The notes: generated by a model not told the origin, from the letters alone. Numbered from the stretch's first letter, positions 1 through 10,290 are shown. The stretch is DNA of 64,000 nucleotides from Candidatus Marinacidobacterales bacterium (GCA_965224085.1 CBDCYI010000004.1:768001-832000), one strand, 5' to 3'. A program made the numbers and translations.

Positions 1-591
1 AGCCGACTTGCCGGGGCACGCGAGAAAGGCTTCGAGGGCCTGCCACTACACGGCGTGCAGTTCACGCTTTCTAGCGCACTCCAGAAATCGCGCCTCCACG
101 CGCTTCTCGCCAGCAAGGATTTCGTTGACGTCCTTCGTCCCCTGACCTTCAACCTTTTCCTGAACGCGCTTGCCGGTGATCTCGGAGAGCTCGGCAGCAG
201 GATGGACGAGACCACGGGCGAGAAATCGTAACCAGAGTGGCGGCTGCCGGGAAGGCGTCACCATGACACAACAGAACAGTTAGGATTATGCTGACCAGAA
301 ATCCGCTAACGGCAGCGCCAAAGCGCCTCAGGGCCACCCTACGCGGCATAATCCGTTAGTCGGCATTACGCTGCTACCGCAAGTTCCCCCGGCCGTACCG
401 CTCTTTGAAGTTCGGGAGCGAGATCCGGAGCCAGCAAAGCAGGCTGGGCTAGTGACGCGTCGGCTGACGCTCAGGAAAGTATTCGTGCGCGCGCTCGCAT
501 CATTGGCAGACAATGTCGAGAGGAGCCTTCGGCGGTTCCCGTAAGGCAGGCTGAAACCAACGTTCAAGTGGCTCTTGCGGCCTGACAGCAA

Positions 592-2109
592 ATGATGACG
601 GAAGCACCACGAATCGGTTCGACGTCGACGTCTCTCGCCCTTCGCCTGGTCCGGAACCTGGGTTGGCTCGCAGTCGGGGCGATCCTGAACGGCATCATTG
701 GCCTCGTCATCACTTTGTACCTGGCCAGTGTCCTGGGAACCTCCAACTTTGGGACCATCGGGATCGCTCTCGCGATCCATAGCTTTCTTACCCTCATCGT
801 GGGCGCCGGAACCGAGCCGGGGGGCATCCGAGAGGTGGCGCGCGAGGCCGACGGGACCCCGCTGATCTATGCACGAGTAGCGGGCTACCGGCTGATGCTG
901 GCCGTGCTCGTGATGCTCTGCGCCATCGTCTACCTCCCGATGCGAGCATCGCTGCTCTCGGTCCCGACAAGTGTGGTGCTGGTTTTCGCATTGTCGGTGT
1001 TTCCCGCGGCCCTCACTACCGTGTGGGCCCTGCGCGGTCTCGACCGGATGGACCTGGTCGCGGCGGCGAACGTGGTGCAGCGCGTACTCGTCCTGCTGGG
1101 TCTCGTCCTGCTGGTTCGCCCAGTCGACACCAAATTGCTGCTCGTCCCGGTCGTGCATGTGGCCGCCGCATCGGCGGTAGCGCTGTGGTGCTACTGGCGC
1201 GTCACGAGCTGGTACGGGTTTCTTCCTGTCCGCTTCGATCGGAAACGTTGGGGCGTCATGACGAGAGAGAGCGTGCCGGTCACCTTGAATCTGCTCTTCC
1301 GTTTCGCTTTCTCCCAGGGGCCCATTCTGTTGCTGGGATGGCTGGCGAACACGGCCAGCGCGGGCGCGTTTCTCGTGAGCCACAAGCTTGTGCTGACGCT
1401 CGTACTGATCAGTGGCGTTGTCCAGCAGGCCACGTTTCCCGAGACGAGTCGTTTGGCGCTCCGCAGTCCCGATCGAGCGCTGCGGCTGCAAACGGTCGTG
1501 CTCCGCCACACGCTGACCTTGATGACGCCGGTTATCGTAATCGTCGCGCTCGTTCCTGACCAGATCATCGGCTTCTTCTTCGGTGACGCCTACGAAAGCG
1601 CGTCTCGAGTGCTATCTCTGACGGTGTTCTCGCTCCCTGTGCTCGCCTTCGCGGGGACCTCGAGGCAACTTCTGCTGGCGGGGGCGCGCCCGCGCCATCT
1701 AGCTTTGACGGCGGGCTTCGGCGCTGTGATCCACGTGCTCTTGGGAGTGCTCCTGATTCCGACGTGGGGCGTCGTTGGTGCAGCGATCGCCTGTTTGATC
1801 GGAGAGCTTGCGGCGGCGGTGGCTCTCGCTGCGGTGGTCCGGAGGGCCCTGAGCGCGATCCCCTGGGACTGGCGCTTCTTCGCTCCGGTGGTGGCGGGAG
1901 CCGCGATGGCGCTCGCTTGGTTGGTGGGACCAACAGGTAACCCTGCTATCCGCCTCCTGCTTTCGGGCTTCGTCTACGCACTGGTGGCACTCGTTCTGGG
2001 TGCAGTGCGGCGGGACGAATTGAGACGGGCTATCGCATACGTTCGCGAGACGCCCGCGCCCGCACGTGGAGGCGCTCCGCACGAGCGAGCCGGACCCGAT
2101 CCATCGTAG
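592..2109 (+). CDS. Wzx-type oligosaccharide flippase / polysaccharide biosynthesis protein
   Basis: 505-aa, many TM segments; N-terminal RNLGWL..YLASVLGTSNFG and GGIREVAR typical of MOP/Wzx flippases. Confidence 0.85.
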   Translation: MMTEAPRIGSTSTSLALRLVRNLGWLAVGAILNGIIGLVITLYLASVLGTSNFGTIGIALAIHSFLTLIVGAGTEPGGIREVAREADGTPLIYARVAGYRLMLAVLVMLCAIVYLPMRASLLSVPTSVVLVFALSVFPAALTTVWALRGLDRMDLVAAANVVQRVLVLLGLVLLVRPVDTKLLLVPVVHVAAASAVALWCYWRVTSWYGFLPVRFDRKRWGVMTRESVPVTLNLLFRFAFSQGPILLLGWLANTASAGAFLVSHKLVLTLVLISGVVQQATFPETSRLALRSPDRALRLQTVVLRHTLTLMTPVIVIVALVPDQIIGFFFGDAYESASRVLSLTVFSLPVLAFAGTSRQLLLAGARPRHLALTAGFGAVIHVLLGVLLIPTWGVVGAAIACLIGELAAAVALAAVVRRALSAIPWDWRFFAPVVAGAAMALAWLVGPTGNPAIRLLLSGFVYALVALVLGAVRRDELRRAIAYVRETPAPARGGAPHERAGPDPS

Positions 2110-2272
2110 TCGGAGCAAGAACGCGACACGCTCCGCTCACCCCCGGATCGATCACGAGAATGGCCGTTCCGACACCAACGCGCCCGGCGCGTCCTCCGGC
2201 AAGGCGGTTTGCATCCGAGCAGCGCTTGTAGTCGCCTGCGTAGGCGGAAAGGAGCCGACTGAGGTCCGGGGA

Positions 2273-3100
2273 TCACGGTCCGACCCGACCGGTAGAATCG
2301 TCCTGCGAAGCCTCGGGCACCTTGCGCACAAGGAACTGCCAGAACTTGCAGTGCTCGAGACCCGCCACCGCGTGCAGCACTCCCTTCTCCGGGTCCCACG
2401 TCACTAGCCCGGCCTCGTCCCCGTTGGGCTCGCTGACGCCAACGATGGAGATGCGTCGCTGCATGGACTCGAGCTGCGCGCGCACCGCACGCTCCGTGGG
2501 TCCGTACACGACCACGCGGTGCGGCAAGGCTCGCATGTTTCCACCGACGATGTCTCCGCCGCAGTAGCGATCGCCAGCCAATAGCTGCTGGGCTTTGCCA
2601 ATGTTCACGAGCAAGGGCCCGGGCTCGACCGCGCACCAATGTCCGCTGCGATCACGGCATTGCATGCCCGCCTGGTCGTTTACCACGGTTGCCATGAAAT
2701 CGTAGTCGGTGTGCTCGCTCAGGAGTTTCGCGACGAAACCCCCGTAACCATCGCCGTCCGCAACCGGCCGGACCAGCACCTTCTCGAGGTCCAGCCCGTC
2801 GTTGTAGAGGTAGAAGTTCACTGACGACCATTGCCAGGATCGGCACTCCGCGACGTGCGCTTCGCAAAGCAACTGCACTTGCCGCGACCAGGCCTGTCGA
2901 GTCGATCCAGCCGCCGCAGCTCCCGAATGCAGCTGGTTCGCGAGTTGATCGAGTTCCCGCCGGCGTGCGCCCGCGTTGCGAAGATATGCCCCGTCCACGG
3001 CGCGCCCCGTCGCCTCGCTCCAGGCTTCGCTCGGTATCCGCAGCAATTCGAGGGCCCGACAGAGCGCCAACGTGCGCACGAGCTGTTTGATGAGGAAACC
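2273..3100 (-). CDS. Isopenicillin N synthase-like 2OG-Fe(II) oxygenase, 5'-truncated
   Basis: HTDYDF (HxD), LLVNIG, ALPHRVV (distal His), RRISIV (RxS); frame meets a stop at ~3128 just past a junction with a RibA fragment. Confidence 0.75.
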   Translation of the reverse strand, partial: GFLIKQLVRTLALCRALELLRIPSEAWSEATGRAVDGAYLRNAGARRRELDQLANQLHSGAAAAGSTRQAWSRQVQLLCEAHVAECRSWQWSSVNFYLYNDGLDLEKVLVRPVADGDGYGGFVAKLLSEHTDYDFMATVVNDQAGMQCRDRSGHWCAVEPGPLLVNIGKAQQLLAGDRYCGGDIVGGNMRALPHRVVVYGPTERAVRAQLESMQRRISIVGVSEPNGDEAGLVTWDPEKGVLHAVAGLEHCKFWQFLVRKVPEASQDDSTGRVGP

Positions 3101-3352
3101 AACGAGGAGCTCGGCTTCCCGCCGGATCTAAGGGACTACCGTAGAGCCGCGGAGATTCTCGACGACCTTGGCGTCCAGTCCGTGCACCTGCTCACCAACA
3201 ATCCGAGCAAGGTCGCGGCCCTCCTCGATTACGGAATCCAGGTGACCCGTCGTGTGCCCCACTCGGCGGGGCGGCACTTCGAGAACGACCGTTACTTGCG
3301 AACCAAAAGCACGAAGATGGGTCACATCCTGGAATTCGAGTCCGAGTCGTGA
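3098..3352 (+). pseudogene. ribA: GTP cyclohydrolase II (RibA-like) C-terminal fragment
   Basis: NEELGFPPDLRDY..AAEILDDLGV..LLTNNPSKV..N.RYLRTK..KMGH; N-terminal Zn-binding half absent; stop overlaps next start (GTGA). Confidence 0.8.
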
Positions 3353-4368
3353 ACGGCGCACCGGTCAACCCGACGCTGCTCGCTCCGGCACCCGGCGAGG
3401 TCAGCATCATCGACCGCCCGATCCCGCAACCGGGCACAGATGAAGTTCTTGTCCGCACCGCGTGCTCGCTCGTCAGCACGGGCACCGAGTTGATGTTGCT
3501 TTCGAACACCGCGCGCCTCGGCTCGTCATGGGCCCAGGACAGCAAGTTCCCTCGTGAGCTCGGCTACTCCAATGTCGGTGAAGTCATCGAGGTCGGCGCC
3601 GGTGTCGACCGCGGATGGATCGGAAAGCGGGTGCACAGCCACGCGCGACACCAGGCCTTGGCGCTCACGCCGGCCAAGAAGCTTGCCGAGATTCCACCCG
3701 GTGTCTCGGATGAAGCGGCCGCGTTCACCACGCTCGGGAAAGTCGCGATGAACGCGTTGCGCCGCGCCGGGTTGTCATGGGGGGAGAGCGTCGCCGTCGT
3801 CGGACTCGGCGTGGTCGGACAGCTAGCGGTGCGTCTATGCGAGTTCGCGGGCGCACGGCCGATCTTCGGCGCCGAGCCGTCCGACTTGCGGCGCTCGCTG
3901 TTTCCGCAAGTCCATCCGTTCTCGCTCATGCGGCAGACGGACAAGCGGCGGTGGCCGGAACAGGTTCGTGAGCAGAACGGACGCCTGCTCGACGTCGTCA
4001 TCGAGGCGAGCGGGAACCCCGACGTTCTTTCTGCAACGACCGAGCTCCTGCGCCCGATGGGACGTCTCGTGATCGCCAGCAGCCCCCGCGGCGCCAGCGC
4101 CTTCGACTTTCACGACGCGTGCAATCGGCGCAGCTTGACCCTCATCGGTGCCCACAGCTCCTATCACCCGCTCGAGGAGCACCCGGCACTACCATGGAGT
4201 TCCGCGCGTCACGGTCAGCTCTTCCTCGAGCTTGTCGAGTGCAGGCGCATCGACGTCGAGCCGCTCATCACGCACCGCGTTTCGCACCAACAAGCGACCG
4301 AAGTCTACGCGCGCTTGCTCGAAGATCGTCGAAACGCACTTGGAGTCGTCTTAAAATGGAACGCATGA
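3349..4368 (+). CDS. MDR-family (zinc-binding-type) alcohol dehydrogenase
   Basis: SLVSTGTE, LGYSNVGEV, GLGVVG NAD motif, LITHR. Confidence 0.85.
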   Translation: MNGAPVNPTLLAPAPGEVSIIDRPIPQPGTDEVLVRTACSLVSTGTELMLLSNTARLGSSWAQDSKFPRELGYSNVGEVIEVGAGVDRGWIGKRVHSHARHQALALTPAKKLAEIPPGVSDEAAAFTTLGKVAMNALRRAGLSWGESVAVVGLGVVGQLAVRLCEFAGARPIFGAEPSDLRRSLFPQVHPFSLMRQTDKRRWPEQVREQNGRLLDVVIEASGNPDVLSATTELLRPMGRLVIASSPRGASAFDFHDACNRRSLTLIGAHSSYHPLEEHPALPWSSARHGQLFLELVECRRIDVEPLITHRVSHQQATEVYARLLEDRRNALGVVLKWNA

Positions 4369-4417
4369 GCTCGGTCGGGTCCCGAATTATCTCTCCGATA
4401 TACCCAAGGAGTCACCT

Positions 4418-6398
4418 ATGAAGCCGCTTAGAGTCCTCATCGTTGCCCCCGACTACCGCATGGCAACGGGTTGGATCACCATGGATACGCGCGCGGACAT
4501 CCGTTCGGATCTCGCTCCGGTCACGCTAGCGACGCTCGCCGCGCTCGCGCCCGAAGGAGTGCAGGTCGACGTGTGGGACGAGCCCGCCAAGGGTCGGATC
4601 ACGGACGAGTCACTCGTCGACGTCCACTACGACTTCGTCGGCGTGACGGGATACTCGGGCCACATCGATCACGCGCTCCGCATCGCGTCCGTGTTCCGCA
4701 AGCGCGGGATCCTCACCGGGGTCGGCGGACCCGGGGTGTCGGTCCATCCGAAGTCCTATCGCGACCATTTCGACGTGCTCTTTCTCGGCGAAGCGGAAGA
4801 GACGTGGCCGCAGTTCCTGAACGAGCTTTCGAGCGGTGACTACCAAAGGGAATACCGCCAGATCACGAAACCCTCACTCCTCGAGAGTCCAGCGCCGAAA
4901 TGGGACGGGATCGATTCCCGCTTATATTCGATGGGAACACTGCAGACGACCCGCGGCTGCCCCTTCGACTGCGATTTTTGTGACGTCATCTACTTGTTTG
5001 GGCGCTCAATGAGGCACCGTTCTGTCGACCAAGTCGTCGGAGACGTTCGCGAGCTTTCACGGCAGGGCTTCCGGTCGGCGTTCATCACCGACGACGAGTT
5101 CGTCGGCGACCTCCGCTACGTCAAGGAGCTCCTGCGTGGCATGGGTGAGGTCAACCGAAGCCTGGACCATCCCATCGCGTTTCGCCACTCAGGCGACGAT
5201 CAATACATCCAAGGACGCGGAGCTCCTCGAGCTCGCGGCCGACGGCGGAATCGCATTCCTGTTCATCGGTATCGAGTCGATCAACCCGGAAACGCTCGCC
5301 AACATCAACAAGCGGCACAACCTCAACAAGGACCTGATCGCGGAGGCACAGCGGATCATGTCCTATGGGATCGCCCTGCGCGGCAACACGATCGTCGGCT
5401 TCGACGAGGACGACACTTCGACGTTCGAGCGCCTGTTCGAGTTCCACCAAACAGCATGCTTCCCGGTTCCCGCGATCACGATCCTCCAGGCCCCGCACGG
5501 GACGCCGCTGTGGCGCAAGATGGTGGAAAAGGGACAGGTCGTGGTGGAAGCGGGTGCGTTCGAGCGAGGCCGGTACTCGGATCAGTACGACGGCTACCAT
5601 TTCAACACGATCCCCAAGAGCATGAGCCGCGTCGAGCTGATGGAAGGCTACGCCGATCTCTATACGAGGCTTTTCGAGTGGCCGAACATCCACAAACGCA
5701 ACGAGGGCTGGCTACGGCTGTTGAAACGGCCGCCCTACATACCGGAGGAACGTTACAGCGACGAAGACGTGAGGAAGTTCATGGGCGGACTCGAGAGTCG
5801 CTCGCTGTTGGACGATGACGGCCGACGGGTGATCCGCGAGCTGACCGAAGTTTGCCGTGAGGTCGCGCCGTCACTCTGGCGGCGCCTCAAGATCATTCTG
5901 ACGATGCAAGCCCACATCCAGCAATCGCTTCGCGAGCGAGTCGTTCCGTCGCTCCGACACCAGATCCGGCACGAGCGCTCCGGCGTGTTCAAGCCGGTGG
6001 CGAAGAGCTTCCGGGCACCGGTTCCGCGCGCCTTTCGCGAGCACTTTCGTGAGCTGCTCGCGCCCGTCTACAAGCATATCCAGGCGAATCTTGACGACGA
6101 GGACCGCTTGCACGAGGCGATCACGCGCGTTTTCGTCGATTTCCTCGTTCGCTGGGGTGATGAGTTCGAGGAGCCGGCCGCGCATCACGCAACGTTTCTC
6201 ACGGAGCTCTGCAATCGGACTTGCGCGGAGATGAATCGCGTGCCGCCTGAAGAGTTCGTTCCGGTCGAGCCGGTGCGGACTCCCGCGGTCTCGCGCGGCC
6301 TCTCCCAGGCGCGAGAGGACATCTTACGCAACCTCGACATCGAGCTCGGGTTCGAGCCTCACGGAGAACCGCGGTCCCACCATGTCGGTGCTGGCTGA
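4418..6398 (+). CDS. B12-binding radical SAM protein (class B methylase/DUF4070-like) with C-terminal extension; +1 frameshift at ~5180
   Basis: N-terminal cobalamin domain (PVTLATLAAL, GEAE), TRGCPFDCDFC cluster motif; continues in ORF 5136..6398 (FIGIES, IVGFDED, APHGTPLW); extra T in GCGTTTCGCC; RBS AAGGAG. Confidence 0.85.
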
Positions 6399-7434
6399 AG
6401 CCGTCGTCGCCGACGAGTTCCGGCACGCGAGTCGAGTGCTGTTCTCCGACTCGGCACTGTATCGCGAGCTCTCGTTGCGGATCGCCGACGACCCGGACCT
6501 GATCGCCATCGCGGCCCGTGCGAGGCCGGGCCAGTCGCCTGTGCTGTTGTTGTTCGCCGCCGTACATTTCGACACGCTGCGCGGCGTCGATCATGAACTC
6601 ACCGGAGTCTATCGGGACTTGCGTTCGAGCGAGATCGAATCGGAGCGAGTGTGGCCTCTCTTCCTGGATTACTGCCGGCAAGGCGCCTCCTCGGTCTCCT
6701 CTTTCGTCGCGGGCTCGCGGGTGCAGACGAACGAGCTCGGACGCTCCCTGCTGCTGAGGCTCGGAGTTGAGTGGGCCGCCGAGCGCCTGCAACCGCAACG
6801 GATTTCGTGGCTGGAGCTTGCCGCTAGCGCCGGTCTCAACCTAACTTGGGACCAATTCCAGATGGAGTTCTCGCGGGGGAGTCGCCGCTGGCAGCGCGGA
6901 GAGAGCGAGTCCCCGATCCGGCTCGACTGCCGCTTCGAGGGCTCGGAGACGCCCGTCGAACGGAGGACCGTCCTGCCGCGGGTCGTCGAGCGTCTCGGGG
7001 TCGACATCGCCCCGGTCGATCTACGCGCCCATGACGGCCCCGAGCGTCTCCAGGCCTTCGTCTGGGCCGACCATTGGGAACGGCTGGAGCGATTGCGGCG
7101 TGCGATCGAGCTGTTCTGCCAGAGCGCTCACAGCGTGCGCTTCGGGGACGCGACCCAGGATCTCGTCCGGATGTGCCGGGATCTACGCCCAGACACGACG
7201 TTATGTATCGGGCACACCTTTCTCGTCAGTCAACTTACGGAAAACGATCGAGCAGCTCTGAACGAACAGCTCGAACGGGTGTCCCTCGACCGAGAGTTGG
7301 TTCGCATCTTCGCGGAGTGGGAGGGCGAGGGTACGCAACTCGGCGTCGAGCATTGGAGAGGGGGACGACGGGCCGAACGGCGGACTCTCGCCCATTGCCA
7401 CCCACATGGACACGTCGTTTCCTGGTGCGCATAA
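6382..7434 (+). CDS. DUF2332 family protein
   Basis: VQTNELGRS, LELAASAGLNL.WD, RLGVDIAP, RLQAFVWAD..ERLERL, CHPHG. Confidence 0.8.
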   Translation: MSVLAEAVVADEFRHASRVLFSDSALYRELSLRIADDPDLIAIAARARPGQSPVLLLFAAVHFDTLRGVDHELTGVYRDLRSSEIESERVWPLFLDYCRQGASSVSSFVAGSRVQTNELGRSLLLRLGVEWAAERLQPQRISWLELAASAGLNLTWDQFQMEFSRGSRRWQRGESESPIRLDCRFEGSETPVERRTVLPRVVERLGVDIAPVDLRAHDGPERLQAFVWADHWERLERLRRAIELFCQSAHSVRFGDATQDLVRMCRDLRPDTTLCIGHTFLVSQLTENDRAALNEQLERVSLDRELVRIFAEWEGEGTQLGVEHWRGGRRAERRTLAHCHPHGHVVSWCA

Positions 7435-7885
7435 GTGAATTCGATGGAACGCCAGGCACCCATTCACGACGAACACATCGTGCAGACGGCGAACGCGCTG
7501 ACGCTACTGCGGCGTATGGAGGTCGAACCGGCGTTGTCCGCTCGCTGGGAACAGACCGATCTGGTCGGCCGCTTGAGAATCGCTGCGGACGAGGGCCTGC
7601 CGTTCTCCGAGGATGAGCTCCGGCGCACCATCCGCGGTTGGGATTTCTACGGGAAGTGGATTCACCGGCTGAAAATCGTCCCTCCGTCGAAGGCTCCCGG
7701 CAGCCTGCCGGAGTTGTCCGCCGCGTACGCACTCACCGACAAACACATCGGCGACTACCGTCGTGATGGTCACATTGTGCTGCCCGGGGTCGCATCCGTC
7801 GAGGAGATGTCCAGCTACCTCCCGGCGATCCGCGCGACCGTCGACGCGCACAACACCCAGGCCGACTCGCCCACCGAGGGCGCCG
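7435..7885 (+). CDS. Nif11-leader-like domain fused to N-terminus of a PhyH dioxygenase; truncated at a junction ~7885
   Basis: ALTLLRRMEVEPALSARW..RLRIAADEGLPFSEDEL then LTDKHIGDYRRDGHIVLPGV; no HxD motif follows in the ORF (which runs on to 8178). Confidence 0.6.
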
Positions 7886-8136
7886 AAGATGGGATTTCGC
7901 CCTATTCGCGCGTTGGAAATGCTCATGCCGCGCTATCGGCTTCCGGGTACCGCGCGTCGCGGGATGGTGGAGCGCCTAGGAGACTACCTTTCCAAGCTCG
8001 TTCTGCTGGCTGCGAACGTGCGGGCGATGGTTTGGTGGAAGGCACGCCGACTGTGGGCGGGGTCGTAACGCCGACGGATCATCCGGCGCTCTCACGGCGG
8101 GTCGACTCCACGGCGTGGACAACCCTCTTCCGAGTC

Positions 8137-9282
8137 CTACCACAGCACTTCTTTCGGCAACGTGGCGCGCATCCGTAGAAGCCAAGAAGCGCATCCAAAC
8201 GATCCGCATGCGAGAAGTACCAGGAGCGGCGATCGATACCTCTCGGGAATCTTCGAGCCAATGACCAGCATCGCGGCTGGAGCCGCAGGGACGCAGTGGC
8301 GAGTGAAGACGATGAATCCCCAGACCACTTGATCTGGGAGCCAACGAGTGTGGGCAGTGGCCGCGGGAATGCAAAGGACGGGGACGAGAATGCTTGCTAT
8401 CCAGATCAACAATACCCGACCGGCGTCGCGCGGCACGAGCTTCAGGGAGAGAATGACGGCTGATAAGTAGAAGCAAAACACCGCAACGACGTACGGTTTC
8501 CGCACCCAGAATGCATCCCCTAAGAGCCCGCGGATCAGGGCCTCCCCCGGCCAGGCGAAGTAGGGGCCTGCGTCTGCCGGTCCTCTCACATACAGCAGGA
8601 AATCTCCGAACCTGAGCCAAAAGTACGCAAAAAGACATGTGAGGGCGAAGGCTCCCGCTAGCGCGGACACGAGAGCAGCGTGGCGTTGCGGTCGAGTGCC
8701 CTTGAAAAGTATGAAAAGACCAACTGGGAATAGCCAGACAGCGGTAATCTTGGTGAGTACGGCCACGGCCAGCGACACCGACGCTCCCAGCCGGGATCCC
8801 TTGAGCACGCATAGAACCCAACAGAGCTCCGAGAGAACCAACAGGCTCTCCGCATAGGCCGTGACACTGCCATTGAACCACTTGATGGGAAAGACGCAGA
8901 ATATCAACGCGGCGTAGCGTGCGTCCAGCCCCAGTTGCACGCCGATCAAGTAGGTCACCGACACAGCCATAGAGCTCAGCAACATGGACGCGAGTATCGC
9001 TGCAACCGGCGGTTGCAAGAAGAACTGAAACACCCAAATTACCGCCGGGTACATCGGGAATTGGAGGACGCTCTCCGGAGTGTCGTAGACTAGCGGGAAC
9101 GTCGCGGCGATTCGCAGGAACACCGAACCGTCATCGATGGACGCAAGCTGCTCGAGAAACGCATATCCTCCGCCAAAGTGAAGAACGAGAACGGTGCGGG
9201 CCAAGAAAGCGACGAGGAACAGCTGCGCGGCCTGCGTGTGGTGGCGAGACACCTGAACATTGTACGAGGCCTGGTCCCGCAT
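8137..9282 (-). CDS. GT-C fold membrane glycosyltransferase (PIG-V/PMT-like)
   Basis: Polytopic; SIDDGSVFLRIA, FPMYPAVI, AYAESLL, LTKITAV; start uncertain. Confidence 0.7.
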   Translation of the reverse strand: MRDQASYNVQVSRHHTQAAQLFLVAFLARTVLVLHFGGGYAFLEQLASIDDGSVFLRIAATFPLVYDTPESVLQFPMYPAVIWVFQFFLQPPVAAILASMLLSSMAVSVTYLIGVQLGLDARYAALIFCVFPIKWFNGSVTAYAESLLVLSELCWVLCVLKGSRLGASVSLAVAVLTKITAVWLFPVGLFILFKGTRPQRHAALVSALAGAFALTCLFAYFWLRFGDFLLYVRGPADAGPYFAWPGEALIRGLLGDAFWVRKPYVVAVFCFYLSAVILSLKLVPRDAGRVLLIWIASILVPVLCIPAATAHTRWLPDQVVWGFIVFTRHCVPAAPAAMLVIGSKIPERYRSPLLVLLACGSFGCASWLLRMRATLPKEVLW

Positions 9283-9519
9283 TCCAATGGAGGCTCCACC
9301 ACATTATTTTGCACGGACTGTGTTCGCCAGCTCCACTCGCAGTACGGCACAGAGGGCGGCCTCGCTCGGTCGAAGCCTCGGTGCGACCCATCGACATGGC
9401 CGAACAAGCTAGCTACCATGGTGGGACCGCTTGCGACGACGTGTGTCGCGAATCCTAGCTCGCGCGCCCCCGGCTCGGAAGCACGCTGGCGCTGGCGCGA
9501 TTGGAACACTCCATCCATC

Positions 9520-10290
9520 ATGCTTGAAGTGGAACTACTCAGCCCCGAGCTCGTCGAGCGCGCTGCCGAGCTCTTTCATCGGGACGGTTTCGTGCTCTTG
9601 GAAGGCGCATTGACGCCCGAACAGTTCGCCGATGCCAAGCGCGGCTGCGATCGTGAAATCAAACGGCACATGGCGAAACTCGACAACGAGGGCCACCGCG
9701 GGTTTCGTCGCTACTCGTTCAAACAGCGGATGGCGCACGTGCCGGAATGGACGCAATTGATCGATCTTCAGACCATCCTCCCGATCCTCACGCACATCTG
9801 GGGCGGCGACAAATTCGTCTGCGCTGGTGCTGGTGGAGAGTTTTCGGCGCCCGGGGCCAGAAGTCAGAAACTGCACTCGGACCTCCCCGACGTTTTCAAC
9901 GATCCGTGGCGACAAACGACTTGCCAAGACGTTCCCGCGCCGTTCGTAGCGGTTCACTTTCTGATGGTCGATTTCACGGAAGAAAACGGCGCCATCCGTA
10001 TCGTGCCGGGCACCCAGCGATCCAGACAACCAATCCCGAAGCCTTCCATCGAACCGTTGTGGATGAAGAAATCCGTCCTCTGCGCTCCCGCCTCCACCGC
10101 CATCATCCGCGACATTCGATGCTGGCACGGCGCGACCGCAAATCGATCGGACGAGATACGACCCATGATGGATGTCTTCTATGTCGCCCCTTGGTTCCGC
10201 TATCCCGGGACCGAGAGAACCTTTCCTCGCCGGGCGTATGCGAGACTGTCCCCGACAGCGCGGGCGTTGTGTCGTTGTATCGTGAAGTAG
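9520..10290 (+). CDS. Phytanoyl-CoA dioxygenase (PhyH) family protein
   Basis: FHRDGFVLLEGAL, QKLHSD (HxD), DFTEENGAIRIVPGT, WHGATANRSDEIR; start may be upstream (9418). Confidence 0.85.
   Translation: MLEVELLSPELVERAAELFHRDGFVLLEGALTPEQFADAKRGCDREIKRHMAKLDNEGHRGFRRYSFKQRMAHVPEWTQLIDLQTILPILTHIWGGDKFVCAGAGGEFSAPGARSQKLHSDLPDVFNDPWRQTTCQDVPAPFVAVHFLMVDFTEENGAIRIVPGTQRSRQPIPKPSIEPLWMKKSVLCAPASTAIIRDIRCWHGATANRSDEIRPMMDVFYVAPWFRYPGTERTFPRRAYARLSPTARALCRCIVK

Noticed and set aside
1-231. Possible 3' end of a plus-strand gene at the window start
   Set aside because: Open frame with no recognisable motif; cannot be supported
1172-1186. ops-like GGCGGTAG element
   Set aside because: Lies mid-CDS in the flippase rather than in a leader
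5175-5190. Programmed frameshift in the radical SAM gene
   Set aside because: One extra T in a short run; similar indels occur in lat (G7 run), the polyprenol kinase and others, so sequencing error is the simpler explanation
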